Below are positions 9,490 through 21,225 of a DNA stretch of 64,000 nt, in pieces. The DNA lies in assembly GCA_050287085.1 (NCBI GenBank), contig JBNKBE010000001.1:96001-160000 (forward strand), read 5' to 3'. The stretch is from Polyangiaceae bacterium. GTDB taxonomy: Bacteria > Myxococcota_A > Polyangia > Polyangiales > Polyangiaceae. How positions within the stretch are numbered: position 1 is the stretch's first letter; each line of letters starts with the position of its first letter. The notes beneath the pieces are model-generated. The model was not told where the DNA came from, made no database searches, and worked only from the letters and a program-made list of their open reading frames with translations. A program made the translations under genes and the position numbers.

Positions 9490-11124
9490 CTAGACGGTTG
9501 GCAATGACTTCGGACTCAACTGCGCGAAGAAGTCGTTGCCCTTGTCATCAACGACGATGAATGCCGGAAAGTCTCGCACCTCGACTTTCCAAACCGCTTC
9601 CATGCCCAACTCCGGGTACTCCAAGACCTCAACGCGCGTGATGCTCTTATCCGCGAGCCGCGCGGCGGGCCCACCGATCGAGCCGAGATAGAAGCCACCG
9701 TGCTTTCGGCACGCGTCGGTTACCTGCTGGCTTCGATTACCCTTGGCCAGCATGATCAGGCTGCCGCCCAGCTGCTGAAAGCCGTCCACGTAGGAGTCCA
9801 TGCGCCCCGCCGTGGTTGGCCCAAAGGAACCCGACGCGCGGCCTTCGGGGGTCTTGGCTGGCCCGGCGTAGTAGACAATGTGGTTCTTGATATAGTCGGG
9901 CAGTCCCTCACCCCGATCGATGCGTTCTTGCAGCTTGGCGTGAGCGATGTCCCGCGCGACAACGATCGTGCCGCTGAGCGATAGTCGCGTTCGGATCGGA
10001 TATTGAGTCAGCTCCCGGCGCAACTCAGCCATCGGACGGTTGAGATCGAGACGCACCACATCGCCGTCCAACTCCTCCGTGCTGGGATCCGGCAAATATT
10101 TCGCCGGATCGGTTTCCAATTGCTCCAGAAAGACACCCTCTTTCGTGATCTTTCCGAGGGCCTGCCGGTCTGCTGAGCAAGAAACGCCGATCCCGACTGG
10201 GCATGATGCCCCATGACGAGGCAGCCGAACAACCCGTACATCGTGGCAAAAGTACTTGCCCCCAAACTGCGCCCCGATTCCGGTATTGCGCGCCAAGTCC
10301 AGCACTTGCGCTTCCAACTCCAGGTCTCGAAACGCATGTCCTAGCTCGTTGCCTTGAGTGGGAAGGGTATCGAGGTAGCGCGCGCTCGCCAGCTTGACAG
10401 TCTTGAGATTGTACTCCGCCGAGGTGCCGCCCACTACGATGGCAAGATGGTACGGGGGGCACGCTGCCGTCCCCAGGCTTCGGATCTTAGCGTCGATGAA
10501 AGCCAATAAGCGCTTCGGATTCAGCAGCGCTTTGGTTTCTTGATACAGATAGGACTTGTTGGCGGAGCCGCCGCCCTTGGCCATGAACAGGAACTTGTAT
10601 TCCCCCCCCGGCGTTGCATAGAGCTCGATCTGCGCGGGAAGATTGGTTTTGGTGTTGCGCTCTACGTACATGGAAAGCGGCGCCAGCTGGCTATAGCGCA
10701 GGTTACGCGTCTGATAAGTGCGCCAAATGCCTCGCGATAGCGCCTCCGAATCGTCGCCGCTCGTGAAGACGCGTTGCCCCTTCTTGCCCATGACGATCGC
10801 GGTCCCTGTGTCCTGACACATCGGAAGGACGCCAGCAGCCGCGATATTGGCATTCTTGAGCAGCTCGAGAGCCACGAAACGGTCATTGGGGCTGGCCTCC
10901 GAATCTTGCAGGATGCGGCTCAACTGCGCGAGATGACCAGGTCGGAGGAAGTGCGCAATATCGCCCAAGGCCGCTTCCGCTAGGAGCGTTAGAGCCTCGC
11001 TTTCAACCTTGAGCACCTCCGCCCCCTCGAAGGTTCCCACGCTGATGAAATCGCTCGTCAGGCGTCGATAAGGAGTGCCATCCGCTCCGAGGGGGAGCAT
11101 GTCTTGGTATGCGAAGTCGTTCAT
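9490..11124 (-). CDS. fumA: Fumarate hydratase class I (Fe-S, FumA/FumB type)
   Basis: [30 protein letters not shown] and GSIGGPAA motifs; 544 aa. Confidence 0.97.
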   Translation of the reverse strand: MNDFAYQDMLPLGADGTPYRRLTSDFISVGTFEGAEVLKVESEALTLLAEAALGDIAHFLRPGHLAQLSRILQDSEASPNDRFVALELLKNANIAAAGVLPMCQDTGTAIVMGKKGQRVFTSGDDSEALSRGIWRTYQTRNLRYSQLAPLSMYVERNTKTNLPAQIELYATPGGEYKFLFMAKGGGSANKSYLYQETKALLNPKRLLAFIDAKIRSLGTAACPPYHLAIVVGGTSAEYNLKTVKLASARYLDTLPTQGNELGHAFRDLELEAQVLDLARNTGIGAQFGGKYFCHDVRVVRLPRHGASCPVGIGVSCSADRQALGKITKEGVFLEQLETDPAKYLPDPSTEELDGDVVRLDLNRPMAELRRELTQYPIRTRLSLSGTIVVARDIAHAKLQERIDRGEGLPDYIKNHIVYYAGPAKTPEGRASGSFGPTTAGRMDSYVDGFQQLGGSLIMLAKGNRSQQVTDACRKHGGFYLGSIGGPAARLADKSITRVEVLEYPELGMEAVWKVEVRDFPAFIVVDDKGNDFFAQLSPKSLPTV

Positions 11125-11754
11125 ATTTTCCCTGTTTCCCGCGGGGTCGAAGCGCCGTCATGACTCCCGCGTCTGGAGCGGTGGCACTGTCGCCGGCGAC
11201 CTGGGCTGGGTCAAGGGCAGAGTCGATGCACCCGAGACGTCTCCCGCCGCAGCCGGCAAGTTCTGCTTGACGGTGAAGCAGTTGCAGAGTTGCGCCTGCG
11301 CCGCATCGCGGCAGCAAACGCCCGTTCGCGAACGCGCTGCGCCAGGCCCCGCTGCGGTCCGGGGCCTCGTGGGCGAAGCGCGACCTGATCCAGATCAATG
11401 CGCTTACCCGCTTGCCTTGGGAGTGAAACACGAGAGACACAATCAGCTTGCCTGCGGCGCATGTTCACTATCCGCTGATGGTGGAGTGCCAACAGATTCA
11501 GAAATTAGCAGTTGCCTTGCGACTGCGACAGCCGCCAGAGTTGGACCGCTGACCTGAGCTGTATCACGCTCATCCAGCAAGTCGTGCGCGTTAGCCCCCA
11601 GCCGCTTAGGTTGTGGAGCTGCCGAGCCGTAGCGCCTCAAGCCCGAAATCAACCGGCGCGCCATCGCGCCTTTCGTAGGCACCTCCCAACGCCTCTTCGG
11701 CGCATCGAGTCTGCCACAAACTCAACCAGCTCCACGACGCTCAACCGACGAACG

Positions 11755-13089
11755 ATGATCCAATTTCACATCTTGTCCTTCGAGGGCCCCGACCAATACG
11801 CACGCGCAGGAGGCATCGCGAGCCGGATCTGCGGACTGGCGCAGTCGCTCAGTGAAAACTTCGAAACCCACTTGTGGTTTGTCGGCGATCCCGATCTCCC
11901 CGGCCACGAGGTGCACGGCAAGCTTCACCTGCATCGTTGGTGCCAATGGATCAGCGAGCATCATCGCGGCGGCGTATACGACGGAGAGGAGCAGAAGGCG
12001 GCCGACTACGCCAAGTCTCTCCCTCCGTACCTGGTCGAACACCACCTACTGCCCCATTGCCAAGCGGGAGGTCGCGTCGCCGTCCTGGCAGAGGAGTGGC
12101 ACACCGCCCACGCTGTGCTACACCTCGACTGGCTGGCAAAGCGCGCAGGGATCCGCAACAAGGTCAGCATGCTGTGGAATGCCAACAACACCTTCGGCTT
12201 CCATGCCATCGATTGGCCGAGCCTTGCCGGCGCCTCCACCATCACGACCGTATCGCGCTACATGAAGTATCGCATGCATCCCCTCGGGGTCGATCCGCTG
12301 GTCATCCCCAACGGCATAGAGGAGGACGCATTTCTCACCCCTGAGCGTGAGGCGCTCACGGAAATGTATGCACGTTTCGCAGATCGCCCCGTGCTTGCCA
12401 AGATGGCGCGTTTCGATCCGGACAAGCGCTGGACCCTCGCGATCGACACCATCGCCGAGTTGAAGCGCCGCGGTCGCAACCCCCTGCTCATCGCCCGTGG
12501 CGGGATGGAAGCCCATGGCCACGAAGTGCTCTCGCGCGCAATGCAGCGAGGACTACGCATTTCAGAGCGACGTTTTGATCAAGCCGGCCCCCGCGGACTG
12601 CTTTCGGCTCTCACCAACGTCGATCAAACAGACATCGTCTTGCTCGGTTCCCACGTTGACCCTGACGCTCGTCGCGTGCTGTTCCGGAGCGCGAACGCCG
12701 TTCTCGCCAACAGTGGTCACGAACCGTTCGGTCTGGTGGGGCTAGAGGTGATGGCTGCGGCCGGAATCGCCTGCACCGGATGCTCCGGCGAGGACTATGC
12801 AGTTCCAGGCCAGAACGCGCTCGTCCTGGAAACGGACAACCCTCTGGAGTTCGTGCAACTATTCGAACGCCTCGAACCGGACGACGAGGAGGAACTCCGC
12901 CGTTCCGGGCGGGAGACAGCCCGCCAATACGCGTGGTCGCGAGTGGTGGACAGAGCATTGCTCCCTCGCGTCGACAGTCGTTTGCGCACCATCAAGCCCC
13001 TCGCAGAGCGACCTCTTGCCCAACTGCTGCGGCTAGATGAGGATGCCCCCCACAGCAAGCGCAGAGCTCGTTCTCAGGTCGCCTGCTAG
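11755..13089 (+). CDS. GT4 (GT-B) family glycosyltransferase
   Basis: AGG near the N-terminus, TVS, IPNG, ARFDPDK and EPFGLVGLEVMAAG (EX7E); start at ATG 11755. Confidence 0.85.
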   Translation: MIQFHILSFEGPDQYARAGGIASRICGLAQSLSENFETHLWFVGDPDLPGHEVHGKLHLHRWCQWISEHHRGGVYDGEEQKAADYAKSLPPYLVEHHLLPHCQAGGRVAVLAEEWHTAHAVLHLDWLAKRAGIRNKVSMLWNANNTFGFHAIDWPSLAGASTITTVSRYMKYRMHPLGVDPLVIPNGIEEDAFLTPEREALTEMYARFADRPVLAKMARFDPDKRWTLAIDTIAELKRRGRNPLLIARGGMEAHGHEVLSRAMQRGLRISERRFDQAGPRGLLSALTNVDQTDIVLLGSHVDPDARRVLFRSANAVLANSGHEPFGLVGLEVMAAAGIACTGCSGEDYAVPGQNALVLETDNPLEFVQLFERLEPDDEEELRRSGRETARQYAWSRVVDRALLPRVDSRLRTIKPLAERPLAQLLRLDEDAPHSKRRARSQVAC

Positions 13090-13123
13090 CCAAAGGGCTC
13101 GCGAGTGAAGGCAGACCTGGGCT

Positions 13124-13156
13124 GGTCCCAACGCCGCGGGTCCCAACGCCGCGGGT
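13124..13156. repeat. Short tandem repeat, 2x15 bp GGTCCCAACGCCGCG
   Basis: Read directly in the gap between convergent genes. Confidence 0.8.
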
Positions 13157-13226
13157 TGCTCTCGGCTCGCCGCGCGTGGGCGTGCGTCTGGAGCGTTCAG
13201 CGGACGCGCTCTGAGCTAGAGAGCTC

Positions 13227-14147
13227 CTAACGGTTCAGGGCGATATCCAGAAGCTCAGCAACGCTCGTTTCAGCGACGCATTGGTAGCGATCCGACGCCC
13301 CGTAGTAGAGCTTCATACTGCCGTCGTCTTCCACGACGTGCGAGGACGCGAATACGCAATTGGGCGTGTGTCCCGCGTTCTCATAGGGCATCTCGGGCGT
13401 CAAGATGCACTCGTCGCCAACCCGCAAGAGCTCCCACGGGCGCTCGAGATTCACCAACGCAACCCCCGTGTTGTAGACGTATTCGTAGTCGCAAACGACC
13501 GATACGGCATGAAACACGATAAGCCAGCCGTGCTCGGTACGGATGGGCGTGCCACAAGGACCAATCTTGCCCCATCCGAAGCTACAGTCCTCCTTGGACA
13601 TGAGTCGCCGCTGATCCCCCCAGTAGCGCAGGTCTGGACTGTGTGTGACCCATATTTCGCCCACCGCGTTGGGGCGCTCGAGTGCGGTAAACAAGCCCCC
13701 TACCTTCTCAGGGAACAAGACCGTATTGCGAAAGCCGGTACCCGAAATGAAGTGCTCGAATTGAAACGAGCGCATGTCCATCGACGTCATCAATGCCATG
13801 CGTGCCTCCGTGCCGTGGGCGCAATACGTCAGATAGTACGTATCCCCGATTCGCGTTAGGCGCGGATCATACTGCACGCGAGCATATCGCTTGTATTCGT
13901 CATCCTCTGGCACTGGGATAACGTCGCCAATGGTCCAGCTATCGATGCCGTTCGGACTCTCTGCAAGCGCGAAGAAATTGTAGAAGTTATACCCTTCGCA
14001 GCGCAACACCATCACATAGCGCCCGTCACACTTCACGACGGAACTATTGAATACACCGCGACAGTTGAACGGCAACATGTCGGCTGTAATGATGGGATTC
14101 TGCGTGCTGCGACGCACAACGCGTCGCTTCGAATAGACCCGATCCAT
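13227..14147 (-). CDS. GH130 family glycoside phosphorylase (beta-mannoside phosphorylase-like)
   Basis: NPII, VFNS, YDPR, RNTVLFPEK, KIG..PI.TEHGWL, PNCVF and YYGASD. Confidence 0.88.
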   Translation of the reverse strand: MDRVYSKRRVVRRSTQNPIITADMLPFNCRGVFNSSVVKCDGRYVMVLRCEGYNFYNFFALAESPNGIDSWTIGDVIPVPEDDEYKRYARVQYDPRLTRIGDTYYLTYCAHGTEARMALMTSMDMRSFQFEHFISGTGFRNTVLFPEKVGGLFTALERPNAVGEIWVTHSPDLRYWGDQRRLMSKEDCSFGWGKIGPCGTPIRTEHGWLIVFHAVSVVCDYEYVYNTGVALVNLERPWELLRVGDECILTPEMPYENAGHTPNCVFASSHVVEDDGSMKLYYGASDRYQCVAETSVAELLDIALNR

Positions 14148-14219
14148 ACCAGGCTCCTAGTACAGGCCCGCGCCCGTAGACCGCACTGAGTCCCCGCGGC
14201 GCATGCACACTGAGTTCGC

Positions 14220-16112
14220 TCAAGCAGGACTGTCGGACTCTGTCACGAGAAAGAGCGCCGCCAATGGGGGCAGGGTCAACTTCAGGGAATAGGGCTGCCC
14301 TTCGAAGTGACCCAACTGTGCCACGACCCCTCCCTCATTGCCGACGCCACTTCCGCCATACTCCAAAGCGTCGCTATTGAGCACCTCCCGATAGAAACCT
14401 GGAGCAGGTACACCCACCTGGTAGTTCTCCCGGACCGTATCCGTGAAGTTGCAGACAACCAGCACGCGGGGTGCGGCCGCTTCCGCAGATCGTAGGTAGG
14501 CTACAACGCTGCTCGCCGCGTCGTGCAGCTTCACCCAGCCAAAACCCCGAGCGTCGAAGTCCCAAGCATGCAGCGCTGGGACAGAACGATACAGTTCGTT
14601 CAGCCGTGCCAGCAGCGCCATGATCTGCTTGTGGCGATCGTACTCTGCGAGGTGCCAGTCCAAACTGTGGTCATGGCGCCACTCGCCCCACTGTCCGAAC
14701 TCTCCACCCATGAACAATAGCTTCTTCCCCGGAGTGCTCCACATGTAGCAGTAGAGCAAACGCAGATTCGCAAACTTCTGCCAGTCGTCGCCCGGCATCT
14801 TGTCCAGGAGGGACCCCTTGCCGTGCACCACCTCGTCATGGGACAACGGAAGCATGAAGTTCTCGTTGAGGGCGTAAACGGCGCGAAACGTCAGCTCATT
14901 GTGATGATAGCTGCGATGCACTGGTGAACGGGCGAGATACTGCAGCGTGTCATGCATCCACCCCATATCCCATTTGAAGCCGAACCCGAGACCGCCAGTC
15001 TCGACCGGATGACTGACGCCCCCCCAAGCCGTTGACTCCTCCGCGCACATCTGGATGTCCGGGGCCTCTGCGTATGCGGCGGTGTTAATCTCTCGCAGCA
15101 AACTAATAGCCTCGATGTTCTCACGCCCCCCGTACTCATTGGGAATCCATTCTCCCTCTTCGCGCGAGTAGTCCAGATACAACATGGATGCGACGCCATC
15201 CACACGCAACCCATCGGCGTGGTAGACCTTCAGCCAAAACAACGCGCTCGCCAGCAAGAAGCCTCGAACTTCATCCCGACCATAGTTGAAGATCGAGCTC
15301 TTCCAATCGGGATGGAAGCCCTGTCGCGGATCCGCGTGCTCGTACAGATGGGTTCCGTCGAAGTACCCCAGGCCATGCTCATCCGTCGGAAAGTGTGAGG
15401 GTACCCAGTCCAAGATGACACCGATGTTTCGCTGATGAAGCATATCGATCAGCGCCATGAATTCTTGTGGTGTTCCGTAGCGACTGGTCGGCGCAAAGTA
15501 CCCCGTCACCTGGTAGCCCCACGAGCCATAGAACGGATGCTCCATGACCGGCATGAACTCGACGTGAGTGAACCCCAGGCGCTCGACATGTTCTACCAAG
15601 CGGGGGGCAAGCTCCGCGTAACTCAGGACTCGATCTCCTTCGCCCCGCATCCAAGAGCCCAGATGCACTTCATAGATGGACATCGGCGCATCGTGACGAT
15701 TGCGTATGTGCCGGCTTGCCATCCAGGCGTCGTCCTGCCACGCGTAGTCCAAAGTCCAGACGCGCGATGCGGTACGCGGCGGCACCTCATGGGCCAAGCC
15801 GAAAGGGTCTGCTTTGTCGACGCAATATCCCTGGTGCCGAGACTGAATGCGATACTTATATAGTTCGCCCCGCGTCACGCCCGGGACGAACTGCGCCCAA
15901 ATCCCAGAACTGCCCACGGGAAAAAGTGGCGTGTCGGTGGCTCCCCACCCGTTGAACTCACCGACCACACTGACGCGTTCGGCGTTGGGAGCCCAGACGG
16001 CGAAGTGAGTACCCTCTTTTCCGTCTCGGACCATAGGGTGTGCCCCCAGATGCTCCCAAAGTCGTCGGTGCTTGCCTTCATTGAAGAGGTGGAGGTCCTG
16101 GGGTTCCAACAT
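14220..16112 (-). CDS. glgB: 1,4-alpha-glucan branching enzyme
   Basis: VWAPNA, YEVHLGSW, SWGYQ, GLRVDGVASM, AEESTAW and LSHDEVVHGK. Confidence 0.98.
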   Translation of the reverse strand: MLEPQDLHLFNEGKHRRLWEHLGAHPMVRDGKEGTHFAVWAPNAERVSVVGEFNGWGATDTPLFPVGSSGIWAQFVPGVTRGELYKYRIQSRHQGYCVDKADPFGLAHEVPPRTASRVWTLDYAWQDDAWMASRHIRNRHDAPMSIYEVHLGSWMRGEGDRVLSYAELAPRLVEHVERLGFTHVEFMPVMEHPFYGSWGYQVTGYFAPTSRYGTPQEFMALIDMLHQRNIGVILDWVPSHFPTDEHGLGYFDGTHLYEHADPRQGFHPDWKSSIFNYGRDEVRGFLLASALFWLKVYHADGLRVDGVASMLYLDYSREEGEWIPNEYGGRENIEAISLLREINTAAYAEAPDIQMCAEESTAWGGVSHPVETGGLGFGFKWDMGWMHDTLQYLARSPVHRSYHHNELTFRAVYALNENFMLPLSHDEVVHGKGSLLDKMPGDDWQKFANLRLLYCYMWSTPGKKLLFMGGEFGQWGEWRHDHSLDWHLAEYDRHKQIMALLARLNELYRSVPALHAWDFDARGFGWVKLHDAASSVVAYLRSAEAAAPRVLVVCNFTDTVRENYQVGVPAPGFYREVLNSDALEYGGSGVGNEGGVVAQLGHFEGQPYSLKLTLPPLAALFLVTESDSPA

Positions 16113-16243
16113 GGTCGGTATCTAAGCTCCTAGCTTTTGCCGGCACAAGCAAGATGTGCTCCCTCGTATGGAAGACGCAAAAAGACCTGTGCCGGTCGGG
16201 ACTGAGATTGCCAGTGCCGACCCCAGGAGCGTACAGTCCACCC

Positions 16244-18412
16244 ATGCAAGCCTGGCCCGGAGATCCGTACCCCCTAGGTGCTCACTACGACGGCTACGGC
16301 ACCAACTTCGCAGTGCATTCGCAAATCGCTACGAAGGTGGAGCTGTGTCTGTTTGACCCGAGTGGACACGAAGTGCGCACCCCGCTCGCCGATACCACAG
16401 CGAACATCTGGCACGGCTACTTTCCCGACGTCGGACCAGGTCGACGCTACGGCTTTCGAGTGCACGGTCCCTTCGAGCCAAGAAACGGTCACCTGTGCAA
16501 CCCACATAAGCTGTTGCTCGATCCGTATGCAAGAGCGATCGACGGCCAAGTACAGTGGCATCGCTCGGTGTTTGACTTCGACGAAGACATCGGCGAAGAG
16601 CGCATGAACGAGGAAGATAGTTCACCGCACGTGCCGCGCAGCGTCGTCACTGATCCGTACTTCGACTGGAGCAATGAAGTACGACCCAAGATACCGTGGC
16701 ATTCCACCGTCATCTACGAACTGCACGTCAAAGGTTTTAGCCAGCTTAACACGCTACTACCCCCAGACCTTCGTGGCACCTATGCGGGCCTCGCGCACCC
16801 TGCCTCGCTCGAGTACTTGACCAATCTCGGCGTCACCGCAGTAGAGTTGATGCCCGTCCACCAGTTCGTATCGGAACCCTTCATCACCCGGCGGGGGCTC
16901 ACCAACTACTGGGGCTACAATACGCTCGGGTACTTCGCTCCTCATGCCGCATATTGCAGCCGCGGCGGTGGAGGAGCGCAGATGCGCGAGTTCAAGCACA
17001 TGGTGCGCCAACTCCACGCCGCTGGCCTGGAGGTCATCCTGGACGTCGTCTACAACCACACCGCCGAAGGCGGAAGGGGTGGCCCGACGCTCTCACTCCG
17101 CGGACTTGACAACGCAGCTTACTATCGGCTGTCGCCGGAGGATAGGCGCCACTACGTCGACTACACCGGCTGCGGCAATACGATGAACATGCGCGATCCC
17201 CACGTCCTGCAGTTGTTGATGGACTCGCTGCGCTATTGGGTGACGGAAATGCACGTCGACGGCTTCAGATTTGACCTCGCTTCCGCGTTAGCGCGCGAGC
17301 TGCATGCCGTCGACCGCCTGAGTGCTTTCTTCGATCTGATCCAACAAGACCCGATACTGCAGGGCATCAAGCTCATCGCCGAGCCGTGGGACCTCGGGGA
17401 AGGCGGCTATCAGGTAGGCAACTTCCCCCCCAAGTGGTCGGAATGGAATGCCAAGTACAGGGATTGCACTCGCGACTTCTGGCGCGGACAAGAGGAGACA
17501 CTCAGCGAGTTTGCGTTCCGGTTCACGGGCAGCTCCGATCTCTATGAGTCTAGCGGACGGCGCCCCCACGCCAGCATCAACTTCGTTACCGCACACGACG
17601 GCTTCACCCTGCGTGATCTGGTTTCCTACAACGACAAGCACAACTACCAAAACGGTGAGAACAATCGCGATGGTGAGTCGCACAACCGCTCTTGGAACTG
17701 CGGCGCGGAGGGTGAAACCCTCGACCCCAAGGTCGAGCAACTAAGAGGTAAACAGCAGAGAAACTTCCTGCTGACGCTGCTACTTTCGCAGGGAGTACCC
17801 ATGTTGACGGCCGGGGACGAATGCGGCAGGACCCAGGGAGGCAACAACAACGCATACTGCCAAGACAACCGCATTTCCTGGCTCGATTGGGACGCTCTGG
17901 ACTACGACTTGCTGCAGTTCACCCGCTCGGCTTTGAAGATCCGCAGCGAGCATCCGATCTTTCGTCGAGCCCGCTTCTTTCAGGGTACGTCCGTCCGCGG
18001 CTCGAACCTCACAGACATCGGATGGTTTCGTCCGGACGGTCAAGAAATGACAGAAGGGGATTGGCGCGCCCACTTTGCCAAGGCGATCGCGGTCTTTCTC
18101 AACGGATATGGCCTACGCTCTCGCGGCGAACGTGGGGAAACGCTGCGCGATGACAGCTTCATCGTGCTCTTCAATGCACACTTCGAATCCGTATCCTTTG
18201 TTCTGCCCAAGAAGCTGCCCGAAGCGACGTGGACGGAGGAGCTCAATACGGCAACATCGCTCGATCCCGCGGCACGTGAGGTGTTCTACACCGGCGCTAC
18301 CGTACACGTTCCGGCTCATAGCGTGCGATTGCTCCGCCACCGCCTCAGGGGCCCGGAGCGGCGACTCGGCACGAACCTAGACCGGGTCTCGCGCTCTGAG
18401 CGATGGCGCTAG
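16244..18412 (+). CDS. glgX: Glycogen debranching enzyme
   Basis: PYPLGA, NYWGY, DVVYNHT, DGFRFDLA, AEPWD, AHDGFTL and GNNNAYCQDN; start at ATG 16244. Confidence 0.97.
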   Translation: MQAWPGDPYPLGAHYDGYGTNFAVHSQIATKVELCLFDPSGHEVRTPLADTTANIWHGYFPDVGPGRRYGFRVHGPFEPRNGHLCNPHKLLLDPYARAIDGQVQWHRSVFDFDEDIGEERMNEEDSSPHVPRSVVTDPYFDWSNEVRPKIPWHSTVIYELHVKGFSQLNTLLPPDLRGTYAGLAHPASLEYLTNLGVTAVELMPVHQFVSEPFITRRGLTNYWGYNTLGYFAPHAAYCSRGGGGAQMREFKHMVRQLHAAGLEVILDVVYNHTAEGGRGGPTLSLRGLDNAAYYRLSPEDRRHYVDYTGCGNTMNMRDPHVLQLLMDSLRYWVTEMHVDGFRFDLASALARELHAVDRLSAFFDLIQQDPILQGIKLIAEPWDLGEGGYQVGNFPPKWSEWNAKYRDCTRDFWRGQEETLSEFAFRFTGSSDLYESSGRRPHASINFVTAHDGFTLRDLVSYNDKHNYQNGENNRDGESHNRSWNCGAEGETLDPKVEQLRGKQQRNFLLTLLLSQGVPMLTAGDECGRTQGGNNNAYCQDNRISWLDWDALDYDLLQFTRSALKIRSEHPIFRRARFFQGTSVRGSNLTDIGWFRPDGQEMTEGDWRAHFAKAIAVFLNGYGLRSRGERGETLRDDSFIVLFNAHFESVSFVLPKKLPEATWTEELNTATSLDPAAREVFYTGATVHVPAHSVRLLRHRLRGPERRLGTNLDRVSRSERWR

Positions 18413-18503
18413 CGTGCGCCGCTGCCGCACACGCCCCGGGGCGCCGCCGGCCCACCGGGTGGGGCGAGTATGACACGCTGTGCTGCAACTGGTAGGCTGA
18501 CCC

Positions 18504-19010
18504 ATGTTCTTTCGCCGCAAGCCATCGCAGCCGGAAGCGCCCTCGGACCTTCCTGGACTCATCACCGCAGCCCTTCCCGACGCAGACGAGGAAACGCGAA
18601 GCATCGTTCATGCCGTCGCTGGCCTGCTCGGTTGCGTCGCCTACGCGGATCGCGATTTCTCAGCCCACGAGGAAATGGTAGCCGAGAACATCCTGTCACG
18701 GATCGACGGCATGACCCCGTCGCGAGCCAAGGACATCGTAGCTCGGCTACGACTGCAGATCGTGAACGTTTCCACGATTGAATGCCCCCGCTACTGCAGA
18801 ACGCTCGTGCAATTGTGCACGCGCGAGCTGCGGGTTGAGGTTCTCGATGCGCTGCTCGAGATTGCGGCCGCTGACGGTCAGATCGGCAACGATGAAGTTG
18901 TCGTATTGCGTACCCTCACGCGGGCCCTCGGACTGGACCAAACGGATTACAATCGCCTACAGGCCCCGCATCGCGACCTGCTCGTCAGCTTGCAGCAGGA
19001 CCCTGCCTGA
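18504..19010 (+). CDS. TerB-like domain protein
   Basis: VAYADRDFSAHE and IAAADGQIGNDE (paired A.ADG..E motifs). Confidence 0.75.
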   Translation: MFFRRKPSQPEAPSDLPGLITAALPDADEETRSIVHAVAGLLGCVAYADRDFSAHEEMVAENILSRIDGMTPSRAKDIVARLRLQIVNVSTIECPRYCRTLVQLCTRELRVEVLDALLEIAAADGQIGNDEVVVLRTLTRALGLDQTDYNRLQAPHRDLLVSLQQDPA

Positions 19011-19089
19011 CCAACCCCGGCGGCATGTAGCGCAGGCCCAACGTCGCTCCAGTCGACACGTCCATCGCGGCACGCTATGAAGGCGACCG

Positions 19090-20262
19090 ATGTTTGCGGA
19101 CTTTCGAGGCAGAAAGAGGGAGCTACTCGAAACGCAGGCCGCATTGTGCGCCCGCAAGAATCGAGTCGATTCGACCTGGAGCAATGGGTGGTACGCCCGC
19201 TTTGTCGACCCGGTGTTAACCGCCGACCACGTACCCGTGGACTGGCGCTACGACCTCGACCCGGACAGAAACCCGCTGCTACTAGAGCGCTTGGGCATCA
19301 ATGCCGTCTTCAACGCAGGGGCGATAGAGCTAGGCGACAAAGTCTGCCTGATTGCGCGGGTGGAAGGGTTCGATCGCAAGAGCTTCTTTGCTGTCGCACG
19401 CAGTGCGTCGGGCATTGACGGCTTTGAGTTTGACCCTCTGCCCGTTGAGCTGCCACAAACCCCCAGTCCGGACGTCAATGTCTACGACATGCGGCTCACC
19501 GCCCATGAGGACGGCTACATCTATGGTACCTTCTGCACGGAGCGCAAAGCGCAGAACGCCCCCAGGGGCGATACGTCTGCCGCGGTGGCGGCGTGTGGCA
19601 TCGCGCGCACGACAGATCTCATCCACTGGGACCGTCTCGCCGATCTGAGTTCGCTGTCTGCTCAGCAACGCAATGTCGTATTGCATCCGGAGTTCGTATC
19701 CGGGCGCTATGCCTTCTACACACGGCCGCAAGACGGGTTCATCGAAGCGGGCAGCGGCGGCGGAATCGGTTGGGCCCTATCGGACACCATCGAGAACGCC
19801 AGCGTGGGCCAAGAGGCCATCATGGAGCCGCGCGTCTATCACACTATCAACGAAGGCAAGAATGGCATGGGTGCCCCCCCCCTGCTCACCTCTGAGGGGT
19901 GGCTGCACGTGGCTCACGGCGTGCGCCACACAGCCGCCGGGCTGCGTTATGTGCTCTATGCTTTCCTTTGCGACCGCAGCAATCCGTCGCGTGTCACCCA
20001 TCGTCCGGGAGGGTATTTCTTGGCGCCCCAAGGCATGGAGCGGGTGGGCGACGTGTCCAACGTCGCCTTCTGCAACGGCATGGTGCAGCGGAAAGATGGG
20101 ACGGTTCTCATCTATTACGCTTCGAGCGACACCCGCTTGCACGTGGCGGCGACGACGACCGAGCGTCTGCTCGATTATGTGAAGAACACGCCTCCTGATC
20201 CGCACCTCTCCCATGAATGCGTGAAGCAGCGAATTGCGCTGATCCGTCGAAACCGACGCTAG
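19090..20262 (+). CDS. 4-O-beta-D-mannosyl-D-glucose phosphorylase (GH130)
   Basis: [64 protein letters not shown] and YYASSDTR, characteristic of the Bacteroides-type MGP subfamily. Confidence 0.93.
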   Translation: MFADFRGRKRELLETQAALCARKNRVDSTWSNGWYARFVDPVLTADHVPVDWRYDLDPDRNPLLLERLGINAVFNAGAIELGDKVCLIARVEGFDRKSFFAVARSASGIDGFEFDPLPVELPQTPSPDVNVYDMRLTAHEDGYIYGTFCTERKAQNAPRGDTSAAVAACGIARTTDLIHWDRLADLSSLSAQQRNVVLHPEFVSGRYAFYTRPQDGFIEAGSGGGIGWALSDTIENASVGQEAIMEPRVYHTINEGKNGMGAPPLLTSEGWLHVAHGVRHTAAGLRYVLYAFLCDRSNPSRVTHRPGGYFLAPQGMERVGDVSNVAFCNGMVQRKDGTVLIYYASSDTRLHVAATTTERLLDYVKNTPPDPHLSHECVKQRIALIRRNRR

Positions 20263-20444
20263 CGGACCCCATTCGTCCGACGAATGCCTCCAGACGCCTC
20301 CTCTCTCGAGAGAATGCCAGCCGGAACGGAGAGCTACAAGGGATCGGTCCGGGCCCCTTCGGACCCTGTGCCGGGGCCGGGAAGCGTGCAGGTCAGCGCT
20401 CAACCAGACTTTAAACTGGCGCGTAGATCTCGTAAAGATAGCGC

Positions 20445-21083
20445 ATGCGAAAGACCAGACTCGACATCCTACTATCGCTCCTCAGCGGATTGGTGCTTCC
20501 GCTCACAGCATGCGGCGGCTCAGGTCAAAACGCCCAAAGCCCCGAGACGTCTGCGGCACAAGACCAAGACGCATCAGCCCCGGTGGAAGCTCCCGCGTCC
20601 CCAGAGAAGCCCGAGGCCGCCCCCGAAGCCAAGCGCGATCCGCGAGACATATTGCTCAGCGACGGAACCGCCTTCATGATCGATCACGGCAAGTCAGATA
20701 TCGGCAAAAAAGCGGAGGCAACCTGCGACAAGAGCGCTGGTGACAACGTTGAGAAGCGCGCTAGCTGTATCTCGAAAGCCTTCAATCTTATGGAGCGAGA
20801 GGGCTATACGTTCAAGAAGGAAGGCGACGCCTGGTACCTCATACGCTTCGCGGTCATCAAGAATCGCAAGCAGGAATACAATCACGTGCAGATCGACGAC
20901 GGGACGGTGTCCGACAACAGCGTGACGTTCAAACTCAGCGGACCTGACACCGGCTCGCGCCGCCGAGGCAAGGCACCTCTTACGATGACCTTCGTCGTCG
21001 AGGACGAATACACGATCTTGCTTGAGGACCCAGCACGGGGCACGCTCGTACTGGAACCCAAGATGGGCATCCTGAATGAGTGA
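20445..21083 (+). CDS. Hypothetical lipoprotein
   Basis: Lipobox LTAC-GG, Pro/Ala/Glu linker, globular C-terminus. Confidence 0.7.
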   Translation: MRKTRLDILLSLLSGLVLPLTACGGSGQNAQSPETSAAQDQDASAPVEAPASPEKPEAAPEAKRDPRDILLSDGTAFMIDHGKSDIGKKAEATCDKSAGDNVEKRASCISKAFNLMEREGYTFKKEGDAWYLIRFAVIKNRKQEYNHVQIDDGTVSDNSVTFKLSGPDTGSRRRGKAPLTMTFVVEDEYTILLEDPARGTLVLEPKMGILNE

Positions 21084-21225
21084 CAGGCTCCCAGCTCTCT
21101 GACCGGTCTGGGTAGAACCCCGCAAATCGGGCTGCGGATGCCATCAGCAGCCCGCAGCGGGCCCCCGTCCTGTGCGGATGGGGCGCCGAAATCAGGCGCG
21201 AACTGGAGCCGATTCCGAGTCGTGC

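Noticed and set aside
18504..19010. Tellurite-resistance (ter) operon or DjlA co-chaperone
   Set aside because: Single TerB-like domain with no other ter genes and no J-domain HPD motif
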